64,000 bases of DNA from an uncultured Gemmatimonadales bacterium. GTDB lineage: Bacteria; Gemmatimonadota; Gemmatimonadetes; Gemmatimonadales; Gemmatimonadaceae. The translations under genes were made by a program, and so were the position numbers. Under the pieces are notes generated by a model, which was not told where the DNA came from, did no database searches, and saw only the letters and a program-made list of their open reading frames with translations. Below are positions 42,043 through 51,737 of this stretch, piece after piece (positions within the stretch are counted from its first letter, which is position 1; each line of letters begins with the position of its first letter). The stretch spans positions 480,001 to 544,000 of the forward strand of contig CAWBZV010000002.1 in the NCBI GenBank assembly GCA_963793305.1, written 5' to 3'.

Positions 42043-43986
42043 CTAGAAGCTGGGTGCGGCGATCTCGGGCTTCTTCTTCGTCTTAGTCGTCGAATCGATC
42101 ACCTTCGTCGCCTGGTCGAGATTGATATTAACCGCAGGCGCCGACGGCAGCGCGACGTCCGGCTGAGCTGGTGCTGCCCCAGCGCCACGAGATAGTCGGA
42201 TCGGTGGAGCATGTGGTGTCGCCTTCACTGCATTCGAATCGGACTCTTCCGCGGGCGGAGGAGCCGCCGGGCCCATGTGCGCCGAGAAGCCTTCGTGGGT
42301 TTGCGTGGGAGCCGGAGTGGGTGTCTCTGGCGCCTGCGCTACCGGTGTGGGCGTCTCCTGGGCGGGTGCTGGAGCGGGCGCGGCCGCGACGGGAGTTGGA
42401 GCCTGCGCCGGTGCCGGAGTCTGGACAGCTGGCGCGGATGCGGTCGCGTGCTTAGTCGGCGTCGCGGGAGCCGAATGACCCATCTTCGGCACGACGACTA
42501 TGGCGCCGACTATAAGAACGGCCGCAATCGCGCCTACCGCGATCCCGATCATCTTGCCATTCGAGGCTTCCTTGCCGAAGCCGATGCGCGGCTGCTTCCG
42601 CTCAGGTTCCTCCTCGACAAGCGCAACCGGCGGAGGCGTCGGCGTCCTCGGGACCACGGCCGGCATTGGTGGCGGCGTCGGCTTCGGGCGCTGGAACACC
42701 TGTGTGACGCCGAGCTGCACGTCATTCGTGCTCGGCTCGACGACCTTCGGCTCGGGCTTCCGTTCAGGCGCGATATTCGAGTCGAATTTGAGCTCCCCGG
42801 TCGGAGGCTCGACCGGAATGGCGATCACTTGCGAGACGCGTCTTATCGGCTCGGACACCCGATTCGGCTTCGGCGCCGGAAGCTCTGGATCGTCTGCCCA
42901 GGCCTCGGTGATCCCCAGGTCGTTCTTCGCCGGCGACTCGGGCTCTTTGGCCAGCGGCGCCGGAGGCGGAGCGGCCGGGGGCGGTGCAGCCGGCTTTGGC
43001 GCCGTCGGAGTCGGGATGCGCACAGACGAAGCGGCGGGCGTGAGCCCGGTCCGCGGGGCCTGAATCGGCATTGCCATCGTTGGCGTGAGGCCACTCGCTA
43101 CCGGCTTGATCTCCGCGGAACGGCGCACGCGAATTGGGACGGTCGTTGTTGCCACCGCCGCGGCGGCCGCGGCACGAGCCTCATCGACCCGGGCTCGCTG
43201 TTGCGTCACAGTGGGGTGGTCCGCCCCCATCGTGTCTTCACGCGCTTTGAGCCCTCGTTCACGCAAGTCGAGCGCTGCGACGTGCTTACCAAGCGCCGCC
43301 AGCGAATCCGACAGTCCATCCATGGCCTGGAGAACCGCGGGGTCGCTCGCCGGCAACTGCCGCTCGCGTACGATCAGCACGCGCCGCCAGAGCCGCTCGG
43401 CCTGGTCCGGCTTTCCAAGTGCGTGCCGTACTTTCGCCAGGCTAACGAGAACGGTCGCGACTTCAGGGTGCTCGGGCCCATACGGCCGCTTGAGCGTGAG
43501 CAACTGCGTCAGAAGGGGTTCGGCCTGCCGATAATCGCCGCGTTTGAAGTACAGCCGCGCGAGGTTATTCAGGTTGACGCCAAGGTCGGTCTGCGCGGAT
43601 TCGACGCGCTTCGCGCTGGCTCCCATGGCCCGCTTGAGGAGCGGTTCGGCCTCGTCCAAGGCGCCACGCGAGACGTACAAGGCGGCCAGGTTGTTGATGC
43701 TGGTGAGAACGCTCGGATGCTCGGACCCGAGGCTCTGCTCCCGAAGCTCCAGGGAGCGCCGGAAGAGCTCTTCGGCGCGTAAGTGGTCTTTTTGCTGATA
43801 CTTGAGCTGCGCTAAGTTGCCAAGACTCGATGCCAGCTGCAGCGGGTCCCCACCCCCGCGCTCGGCCTCGGCGATGGCCGCGACAAAGGCGTCCTCGGCT
43901 CCCGCCAGGTCGCCTTCCGCGAACAAACGGCGCCCCGTTTCGTTATACTGCTCCCAAGTGATCGAAGACGCCGCAGTGGCAGTCAT
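42043..43986 (-). CDS. TPR (kinesin-light-chain-like) protein with Pro-rich region and TM
   Basis: SLGNLAQL / EHPSVLTSINNLAALY repeats; AAGGAG RBS before ATG 43986. Confidence 0.85.
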   Translation of the reverse strand: MTATAASSITWEQYNETGRRLFAEGDLAGAEDAFVAAIAEAERGGGDPLQLASSLGNLAQLKYQQKDHLRAEELFRRSLELREQSLGSEHPSVLTSINNLAALYVSRGALDEAEPLLKRAMGASAKRVESAQTDLGVNLNNLARLYFKRGDYRQAEPLLTQLLTLKRPYGPEHPEVATVLVSLAKVRHALGKPDQAERLWRRVLIVRERQLPASDPAVLQAMDGLSDSLAALGKHVAALDLRERGLKAREDTMGADHPTVTQQRARVDEARAAAAAAVATTTVPIRVRRSAEIKPVASGLTPTMAMPIQAPRTGLTPAASSVRIPTPTAPKPAAPPPAAPPPAPLAKEPESPAKNDLGITEAWADDPELPAPKPNRVSEPIRRVSQVIAIPVEPPTGELKFDSNIAPERKPEPKVVEPSTNDVQLGVTQVFQRPKPTPPPMPAVVPRTPTPPPVALVEEEPERKQPRIGFGKEASNGKMIGIAVGAIAAVLIVGAIVVVPKMGHSAPATPTKHATASAPAVQTPAPAQAPTPVAAAPAPAPAQETPTPVAQAPETPTPAPTQTHEGFSAHMGPAAPPPAEESDSNAVKATPHAPPIRLSRGAGAAPAQPDVALPSAPAVNINLDQATKVIDSTTKTKKKPEIAAPSF

Positions 43987-44019
43987 GATGGTTCGCTCCT
44001 TATTCCGAGGGACGCCCGG

Positions 44020-46243
44020 TTGGCTGGCCGCGTAACCGTTCAGCTCGTCTTGATTAGCGCCCTCGTTGCCTGTCACAATGACCACCCAACTACACCGGCT
44101 TTGCCGGCCGCGAGTGCGGTCATTTTCACCCTGCCGAGCACGCATCTGGTGGTCGGCGATTCGGTCCCGGCGACCGCAACGGTTCTCGACGCCAACGGGG
44201 TGGTGATCGATAGTGCGCCAGTTGTTTGGAGCACACTGAATCCCTCCGTTACGACGGTCAGCAATTACGGCGAGGTGTACGGAAAAGGAGCCGGCATCGG
44301 CCGGATCGTTGCCAAGTCCGGCGCCGTGGCTGATACCGTGGTGGTTACCGTCGACGTGGCGGGCACGATCACGATCGATTCTATCACGCCACATCAGCTA
44401 ATTGCTGGGCAACCAGCGACACTATACGGCCATCAATTCAGCAGTATACCGACTGCCACGGTCATATTGATCGGCGTGGATTCGCTCGCTCCGACGGCGG
44501 CCGATTCTACGCATCTGGTCTTTGTCCTGCCCGATACCAGCTGCTCGCCAGCCGGTACTCGGACGATCACCGTCAAGTCTCGCGGCTCGGCCGCCCAGCT
44601 CCTCGAGCGCTTCGCTCCCGGCACCCCACCCATCTCCCTCGCTGTCGGCGGCGTCCAGGCCATCAATGCCAGTACGACTGGCTGCCTCCAGTTCGCCGCA
44701 AACGCGTCAGCCGCGACCTATATCGTGATTGTTGGCAACGTCACGAGCTCGCTCGATGCTGGATTTGGGTTTGAGCTCACTCAGGTCGTCGGAGACAGCG
44801 CGCCGCTCGGTTTTCACGGCTACTCGCGTGTGCGCGCCGCGCTTCGCGCGAACGCTTCCCGCGCCATCAGCCCCCGCGCCGCTCTCGCACGAACGGCCCG
44901 ACGCACTCCGTCGTACCGGACCGCCGAACTCGGTCGCACTGGCTCCGCCGCATCGGTCGCACTCCCGGTACGCCAGTCGCGCAGTCGAGCCGCGGAGTCC
45001 GGCAATCACGAGACCGGTAATCGCGGGACCAGTGTCCCCGACTCCGAGCATCACGCGGTCGCGAGCGAAGCGAGCGCTGTGCACAAAGCCGCCGTTGGCG
45101 ATGCCGTCACGTACAACGTCCCGCTGCACGGCTGTGATAGCGCAGTCGTGACGCATGGCCACGTGATGGCCGTGGCGTACGCACGCGATCATCGCCCAAG
45201 ACGACTCGGCGCCGAGCAGCGGCGTCGACTTCGCCGGGATCTCAGCCGATGTCGACGCGTCGATCTACCCGACGGACTCGTCGCATTTCGGCACCCCATC
45301 CGACATCGACGCCAACGGCCACGTCATCCTGTACTACACGCCGCGGGTGGCGGCCCTCGCCAGCGGCGACGCCTCGATCGTCGGCGGCTTCTTCTTCCGC
45401 GGCGATCTCTTCCCAACCAGCACCTGCGGCGCAAGCAACCAGGCCGAGATCCTGTATCTATCTCCGCCAACCTCAACGCGCGGAACAATCGCCCACGTGC
45501 TGGAGCATTTGATCAACGCCAGTAATCACATTCGCACGAACGCGACCGCCTTCGAAGACCCGTGGCTGGACGAGGCCCTCGCGCACGCCGCCGAGGACTT
45601 TGTGGGACGCGCCGTCGACGGCTACTCGGACACGCAGCTGCTGTCATTCGCTGACATAAGCAACGGCCCAAACGCGAACGCCTACGCATCTTACTTTCAA
45701 GGCAACGCCGGCCGCTACGCGTCGTGGCTCGGCGCGCCGCAGCTATTCGGCGGCGCCGACACGACCGCCGATACGTCAGCCGCCGCGCGCGGCGCCGCGT
45801 GGACGTTGCTGCGCTACACGTTCGATCAGTACGCGAACGGGTCGCCCGCGGCGCTCGCGCGCGCTCTCGCCGCTGGACCCAACGCCGGCATCTACAATCT
45901 GGTGAGCGCCAGCGGCACGTCGCTGGATTCGCTGATCGAAGGGTGGCTCGTCGCGACCTACGCGACCGGATTTGCGATCCCCGGCGTCGCGCCACGCTAC
46001 ACGTTCACGAGCTACAACTGGCAGGACATCGAGACGCAGCTCACCCAAGGGTTCGGCCTGTCCACGACGCCGTTCGCGGCCGGCGCGACCGGGATCGCGG
46101 ACAGCGTGCAGGCGAACAGCGGATTCTACTTGACGATGGCGAATCTGGCGCCGACCGTGGCGTTCTCGACTCGGCTACTGAGCTCGGCCGGGACAGTCGT
46201 AACGCTGCCCGGGGCTCGCCTGTATATCCTACGAATCCAATAA
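44020..46243 (+). CDS. Lipoprotein with Ig/IPT domains and metallopeptidase-like domain (frameshift ~45178)
   Basis: LVAC lipobox; FG.PSDIDANGHV, GGFF...DL, SNQAEILYL, AHVLEHLIN, WLDEALAH. Confidence 0.7.
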
Positions 46244-46250
46244 GAAAAAG

Positions 46251-46322
46251 AGCCGGCGCTCGGGATTGAACCGAGGACCTTTCGATTACGAATCGAGTGC
46301 TCTACCACTGAGCTACGCCGGC
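46251..46322 (-). tRNA. tRNA-Thr(CGT)
   Basis: GCCGGCGTAGCTCAG..TTCGTAA..GGTTCAATCC. Confidence 0.93.
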
Positions 46323-46323
46323 A

Positions 46324-46405
46324 TGCCCTGGCGCGGACTCGAACCGCGACGCCTTACGGCACCACCCCCTCAAGATGGCGTGTCTACCAATTTCACCACC
46401 AGGGC
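46324..46405 (-). tRNA. tRNA-Leu(GAG)
   Basis: Long variable arm; anticodon loop TTGAGGG. Confidence 0.95.
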
Positions 46406-46410
46406 AAAAA

Positions 46411-46484
46411 CGGGACTGACGGGGCTCGAACCCGCGACCTCCGGTGTGACAGACCGGCACTCTAACCAGCTGAGCTACAGTCCC
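46411..46484 (-). tRNA. tRNA-Asp(GTC)
   Basis: Loop CTGTCAC; cloverleaf. Confidence 0.96.
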
Positions 46485-46574
46485 TCAAATCACTTCGTGA
46501 TTTTCGTAGTTTATTCCCTCCGGGGGACAAACCCCAACTGCGCCCCCCGGACCCCCCAAACACGCTCCTCAAAA

Positions 46575-46646
46575 TAGCCCCAACGGGAGTCGAACCCGTC
46601 TCTCCACCTTGAAAGGGTGACGTCCTAACCGATAGACCATGGGGCC
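46575..46646 (-). tRNA. tRNA-Glu(TTC)
   Basis: Loop CTTTCAA; cloverleaf. Confidence 0.96.
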
Positions 46647-46653
46647 GGGCTGA

Positions 46654-46726
46654 TAGCGGTAACGGGATTCGAACCCGTGTTTGAGCCTTGAGAGGGCTCC
46701 GTCCTAGTCCCCTAGACGATACCGCC
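46654..46726 (-). tRNA. tRNA-Glu(CTC)
   Basis: Loop CTCTCAA; cloverleaf. Confidence 0.96.
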
Positions 46727-46743
46727 GTTTCTTTGTTGCCCCA

Positions 46744-46816
46744 CAGGCGCGGAGGGACTTGAACCCCCAGCCGCTGGTTTTGGAGACCAGTGCTCTACCA
46801 ATTGAGCTACGCGCCT
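46744..46816 (-). tRNA. tRNA-Trp(CCA)
   Basis: Loop CTCCAAA; cloverleaf. Confidence 0.96.
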
Positions 46817-46820
46817 AAAG

Positions 46821-46895
46821 GGTGGCTGATGGGAATTGAACCCACAACCCCCGGAGCCACAGTCCGGTGCTCTAACCAATTGAGCTACAGCCACC
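46821..46895 (-). tRNA. tRNA-His(GTG)
   Basis: Loop CTGTGGC; encoded G-1 and C discriminator. Confidence 0.96.
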
Positions 46896-46903
46896 ATGGA
46901 GCG

Positions 46904-47464
46904 CTAGGCCCTATCTACGTATTCCCCCGTCTGCGGATTCACGCGCACCTTTTCGCCCGTCTTGACGAATTCCGGCACGTTCACCGTCACGCCATTCTCG
47001 AGCGTCGCCGGTTTGGTCGATGCCGTCTTCGTCGCGCTCTTCATGACCGGCGCTGTCTCCGTCACCTCGAGCGTCAACGAGTTGGGCAACTGAATGCCGA
47101 TCGGCCGCCCATTGTAGTACTCGGCCTGAATCCGCATACCTGCTTGCATCCACTGCGCGGAATCGCCGAGCGCCTCCTCGTCCATCTCGAGCTGGTCATA
47201 GTTTTCGGTGTTCATGAAATGGTACGTGTCGCCACCCTTGTACATGAACTCGAGATCGTGCGTCTCCATCGACGCCCGCTCGACGGAGTCCGCCGCGCGG
47301 AATCGATGCTCGAACGTCGATCCCGTCCTCAGGTTCTTGAGTTTTGCCTGCACCATAGCGCGCAAATTTCCCGGGGTGTGGTGTCGAAATTCGATCACCC
47401 GCACCGGGTCGCCCTCGAACACGAGGACCATGCCGCGCCGGATCTGAGTTGCTGAGAAAGCCAT
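46904..47464 (-). CDS. efp: Elongation factor P
   Basis: HHTPGNLRAMVQAKLKNLRTG, KPATLENG..V.VPEF, NPQTGEYVDR. Confidence 0.95.
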   Translation of the reverse strand: MAFSATQIRRGMVLVFEGDPVRVIEFRHHTPGNLRAMVQAKLKNLRTGSTFEHRFRAADSVERASMETHDLEFMYKGGDTYHFMNTENYDQLEMDEEALGDSAQWMQAGMRIQAEYYNGRPIGIQLPNSLTLEVTETAPVMKSATKTASTKPATLENGVTVNVPEFVKTGEKVRVNPQTGEYVDRA

Positions 47465-47475
47465 AGCCCCAAAAA

Positions 47476-48136
47476 CTATCGCGATTCGGCGAGAAGTGGT
47501 AGCATCGCCCTCCACTCGGTAGCAGCGGCCACGCGCGAGCCGGCGACGTTCGGATGCATGCGGTCGGCCTGATTCAATGCGGGGCGCCCGGCCACACTAT
47601 CGAGGAGAAACGGCAGCAACGTCGCGTTCTCGGCCTTGGCCGCCTGCCCATACACCGCGTGAAAACGCGACGCGTAGTCGACGCCCAGGTTCGGCGGCGC
47701 CTCCATCTGAACCACCGCCAACCGGGCCGCCGGCCGCTCCGCATGCACCTTGGCCAGGATCGCCTCGAGGTTCGCCCGCAACGAATCCGTGTCCAGCCCA
47801 CGCAGTCCGTCATTCGCGCCGGTTTCCAACACGAACACGTCGACCGGACCTCGCAGCAACCAATCGATGCGCCGAAGCGCCCCGGCGGAATGTCTCGCCG
47901 GACAACCCCGCATTGACGACGCGATACGGCAGCCCGGCTGAGTCGATCTTCGCCTGAATGAGCGCCGGCCACGCATCTTCGGGATCGAGTCCGAGCCCCG
48001 CCGTCAAACTCGTCCCGACGATAAGCACCGTCCGGCGCGCCGTCGTGTCCGCGTGCACCAATGTAGTTTGGACCGACGGTGATCGCTCACGCGAACAGGC
48101 CGTCAGCACCATCACACACGCGACCGTCAGTCTCAT
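47476..48136 (-). CDS. tesA: GDSL/SGNH arylesterase lipoprotein (frameshift ~47890)
   Basis: GTSLTAG, NAGLSGET|SAGA, ETGANDGLRG, DRMHPN. Confidence 0.85.
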
Positions 48137-48800
48137 GCTCGTCGCCCGCGAATTGACAAAAGAATACCAGAGCGGCTCTCGGACCCTTACTGTCCTGGAC
48201 GCCGTTTCGTTCGATATCCCGCAAGGGACCTTCGTCTCCATCGTCGGACCCTCCGGAAGCGGGAAGACGACGCTCCTGGGTCTCCTGGCAGGGCTCGATA
48301 CCCCAACCAGCGGATCGGTGATCCTCGACGGCGCCGATCTGGCCACCCTCAACGAGGACCGCCGCGCCAAGCTCCGTGGCGAGAAAGTCGGGTTCGTCTT
48401 CCAGAGTTTCCAGCTCATTCCCACGCTCACCGCGTTGGAAAATGTCAGCGTGCCGCTCGAGTTGCGCGGGGAGCGCGAGTCGCAGTCGGCCGAGCGCGCC
48501 CGCGACGTGCTCGACCGCGTCGGACTCGGCGACCGTGTGGGGCATTTTCCCGCCCAGCTGTCGGGTGGCGAGCAGCAGCGCGTCGCGATTGCGCGGGCGT
48601 TCGCCAACCAGCCGCGAATCCTGTTCGCCAATGAGCCGACTGGCAACCTCGATGCTGCCACCGGTCTTCGCATCGTCGAGCTTCTCGAATCACTGAACGG
48701 CGAATCGGGTTCGACCATCGTGCTCGTGACGCACGACCTCGGTCTGGCGGGTCGTGCGCAACGCATGATCAAGCTGGCTGACGGCCGCGTCGTGCCATGA
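48135..48800 (+). CDS. ybbA: ABC transporter ATP-binding protein (YbbA/LolD-like)
   Basis: GPSGSGKT, LSGGEQQR, ILFA(N)EPTGNLD, VTHD; divergent from tesA. Confidence 0.88.
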   Translation: MLVARELTKEYQSGSRTLTVLDAVSFDIPQGTFVSIVGPSGSGKTTLLGLLAGLDTPTSGSVILDGADLATLNEDRRAKLRGEKVGFVFQSFQLIPTLTALENVSVPLELRGERESQSAERARDVLDRVGLGDRVGHFPAQLSGGEQQRVAIARAFANQPRILFANEPTGNLDAATGLRIVELLESLNGESGSTIVLVTHDLGLAGRAQRMIKLADGRVVP

Positions 48801-51292
48801 GTCTCGCGAGAATTGCCTGGCGAGAAAGTCGCACCACCCGTCGCCGTTTGTTCCTGTACATGGGATCGATCGCGTTCGGCGTCGCCGCGCTCGTCGCCAT
48901 CGACTCGTTCGCCGCGAACGTCACGCAGTCCGTCCGTGAGCAATCCCGATCTCTCATCGGCGGCGATCTCTCCCTGACCTCCCGCGGCCCTCTCCCGCCG
49001 CTCGCCCACACGATCGTCGACTCACTCCGCACCAAGGGGGCACGAGAGGCTCGCGTGACGAGCTTCGCGTCGATGGCCGTCGATCGCCGCACCGGCCTCA
49101 CACGCCTCGTCCAAGTCCGCGCCGTCACCTCGAACTTCCCACTCTATGGCGCCGTACTCACGGATCCGTCGACTGCCTGGGGAGCTCTTCGAACACAGGC
49201 AGCGGTGGTCGTAGACCCCGCGCTCCTCGTGGCGATCGACGGCCACGTGGGCGACACCTTGGCACTTGGGTACGGCCGATTCGTCATCACGGGCACCCTG
49301 CAAACAGTCCCGGGTGACGCGGCCATTGCCGCCGCCATCGGCCCACGCGTGTTCATCCCCGAGGCCGATCTCGTGCTCACGCAGTTGCTGACGTTCGGCA
49401 GCCGCGCCGAGTACAAGACCGTCCTCGGCGTCAACGCAACGCCGGCGCTCGAAGCACGCCTCCGGAACCGACTCGACACGCTGCACGTGCGCGTACAGAG
49501 CGCCACGGATACCGACACGGGTCTCACCGACGCCGTCAAGCGGCTGCGCAACTTTCTCGGGGTCGTCGCGCTCGTCTCACTGCTGCTCGGCGGCATCGGC
49601 GTCGCCTCCGGCGTCCGCGCATTCGTGCGCCGCAAGATCGACACCGTCGCCGTCTTGCGCTGCCTCGGCGCGACGACCCGGCAGATCCTCTTGATCTACG
49701 TCGGCCAGGCGGCAGCCATGGGTCTCATTGGAGCCGCGGCTGGCGCGCTCCTCGGCGTCGGACTGCAGTTCGGACTGCCGCTCGCGATTCGAGACTTTCT
49801 TCCGGTCGACGTTGATCCGCACCTCGTGCCCGGCGCGATCGGCTTCGGGCTGCTCCTCGGACTCTGGGTGGCGTTGTGGTTCGCGCTCCGCCCGCTGCTC
49901 GCACTCAGCTCCATCTCTCCACTCGCCGCGCTGCGTCGCGAATACGGTGACGAGAACGTGCGCGAAGGTCGCGCCATCATCCCCGCGCTCGTCCTCGGTG
50001 CCACGGTTCTCGCGCTCTCGGTTGCTCGCGCGCCCCGGCCTCGCCTCGGCGTCGGCATCGCGATCGGGATTGGCGTCGTCCTGCTCGCTTTGTGGGCGGG
50101 CGCGGTCGCGCTCTCTTGGTTGGCCCGCCGGATCACGCGCTCCGGCTGGCCATATGTGATTCGCCAAGGCGTCGCGAATCTATATCGTCCGGCGAACCAA
50201 ACGCGCGCCGTCGTCCTGTCGCTGGGATTCGGCGCATTTCTCATCGCGACGTTGTACCTGGTACAAACCAACGTCCTGCGCGAGTTGAACGTCGCCACCG
50301 ACGCCTCGCGCGGAAACGCGCTGTTCTTCGACGTTCAATCGGACCAAGCGCCGGGACTCGACAGCATGGTCGGCCGATCAGTCGTCGAGACGGCGCCACT
50401 GGTCACGATGCGCATCGCGTCGATCAACGGCGTATCCGTCGGCGAGCTCCAACGCGCCAAGAAGGGGGCTACATGGGCGCTGCGCCGCGAGTACCGGTCG
50501 ACGTACCGCGACACGCTCGTCGGATCCGAACATGTCGTCGCCGGCAAATGGTTCGGCAAAGATCCGCCGGGTGACACGGCCGAGCTCTCGCTGGAGGCCG
50601 ATGTGGCGAAAGAGCTCGGAGTTGGGATCGGATCGCGCATCATCTGGGACGTCCAGGGCGTACCCGTGCCGACCCGACTCACCAGTACGCGCGATGTCGA
50701 CTGGGCCCGGTTCGAGCCGAACTTCTTCGCCGTGTTCCCGAACGGCGTGTTGGAGCACGCGCCGCATCAGGTCGTGGTACTGGCCAACGTGCCGGATCCC
50801 GCGGCGCTATCGCGTCTCCAGCGCGCGGTCGTCGACCGCTACCCGAATGTGTCGACCGTCGATCTCACGCTCGTGCGCGACACGATCGGCCGGATCGTGC
50901 GCAAAGTGACGTTCGCGATACGCTTTCTCGCGCTCTTCAGCCTCGCGCTCGCCATCCCCGTCCTTTTTAGCTCGGTATCCACCAGCAGGCGCGATCGCGT
51001 GCGCGAAGGCGTGCTCTTGAAGACACTCGGCGCGAGTCGCGCGCAGATCCAAGCGATCATGCTGGCCGAATACGCCGCCTTGGGCCTCGTGGGCGCGCTG
51101 ACGGGCGTCCTGCTGTCGTTCGCCGGCGCGTGGGCCCTATTACGATTCGCGTTCGAGAGCTCATTCACGCCGGCAGTAATTCCCGCCCTCGGCATCGCGC
51201 TCGTCTGCGCCGCACTGGCGATTCTCATTGGCGTCCTCGGCGGACGCGATGTCTTCGCCGAGACGCCGATTACCGCCCTTCGGGCAGAGTGA
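48797..51292 (+). CDS. ybbP: FtsX-like ABC permease (YbbP-like)
   Basis: 831 aa with two permease halves; FFDVQ, FEPNFF. Confidence 0.88.
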   Translation: MSLARIAWRESRTTRRRLFLYMGSIAFGVAALVAIDSFAANVTQSVREQSRSLIGGDLSLTSRGPLPPLAHTIVDSLRTKGAREARVTSFASMAVDRRTGLTRLVQVRAVTSNFPLYGAVLTDPSTAWGALRTQAAVVVDPALLVAIDGHVGDTLALGYGRFVITGTLQTVPGDAAIAAAIGPRVFIPEADLVLTQLLTFGSRAEYKTVLGVNATPALEARLRNRLDTLHVRVQSATDTDTGLTDAVKRLRNFLGVVALVSLLLGGIGVASGVRAFVRRKIDTVAVLRCLGATTRQILLIYVGQAAAMGLIGAAAGALLGVGLQFGLPLAIRDFLPVDVDPHLVPGAIGFGLLLGLWVALWFALRPLLALSSISPLAALRREYGDENVREGRAIIPALVLGATVLALSVARAPRPRLGVGIAIGIGVVLLALWAGAVALSWLARRITRSGWPYVIRQGVANLYRPANQTRAVVLSLGFGAFLIATLYLVQTNVLRELNVATDASRGNALFFDVQSDQAPGLDSMVGRSVVETAPLVTMRIASINGVSVGELQRAKKGATWALRREYRSTYRDTLVGSEHVVAGKWFGKDPPGDTAELSLEADVAKELGVGIGSRIIWDVQGVPVPTRLTSTRDVDWARFEPNFFAVFPNGVLEHAPHQVVVLANVPDPAALSRLQRAVVDRYPNVSTVDLTLVRDTIGRIVRKVTFAIRFLALFSLALAIPVLFSSVSTSRRDRVREGVLLKTLGASRAQIQAIMLAEYAALGLVGALTGVLLSFAGAWALLRFAFESSFTPAVIPALGIALVCAALAILIGVLGGRDVFAETPITALRAE

Positions 51293-51737
51293 AATCCAGC
51301 GCGATTTCGGCGTCGGGCGGCAGCGCCCGCCATCGCGCGATGAGCTCCTGCGCGAGCGCCCGTGATCGCGCGATCTCGTCGTCCGTGAGGGTCCGCCAGG
51401 CCTCGCCGCAGAAACTCGCCCCTTGCGCATTGATCTCGTCCGCCGTGCAATCCTGATTGAGGCAGCCCACCAGAAACTCGGCGACTTCCGCCTCGGCCGG
51501 CAGTCGGCCGCGCGGCCATGGCGTGCCGAAGTCGCTCAGGTCCCAGCCGCGTGCGACGAGGCCATAAAACGCCTCATGGAGGCCCAGGGTGGTCTCCACC
51601 GCGTAGTGGGTGAGATCATGCGGGGGAAAGAAGCGACTATTTTTTTCGGGGTGCCGCTGCCACGTCACCGATCCGTCCGCGCGTTCGCAGCGCAACACCG
51701 CGAGGCCGTCGACCCGATTGTGAATTCGAATCCGCAT
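51270..51737 (-). CDS. Conserved hypothetical protein
   Basis: C.RADGS.TW, HDLTHYAVE, FYGLVA.GWD; GC-frame plausible. Confidence 0.7.
   Translation of the reverse strand: MRIRIHNRVDGLAVLRCERADGSVTWQRHPEKNSRFFPPHDLTHYAVETTLGLHEAFYGLVARGWDLSDFGTPWPRGRLPAEAEVAEFLVGCLNQDCTADEINAQGASFCGEAWRTLTDDEIARSRALAQELIARWRALPPDAEIALDFTLPEGR

Noticed and set aside
46485..46574. C-rich low-complexity spacer in the tRNA cluster
   Set aside because: No cloverleaf or ORF; probably spacer sequence.
46251..46895. tRNA cluster as a phage or mobile tRNA array
   Set aside because: Only seven ordinary tRNAs directly downstream of efp; no mobile genes.
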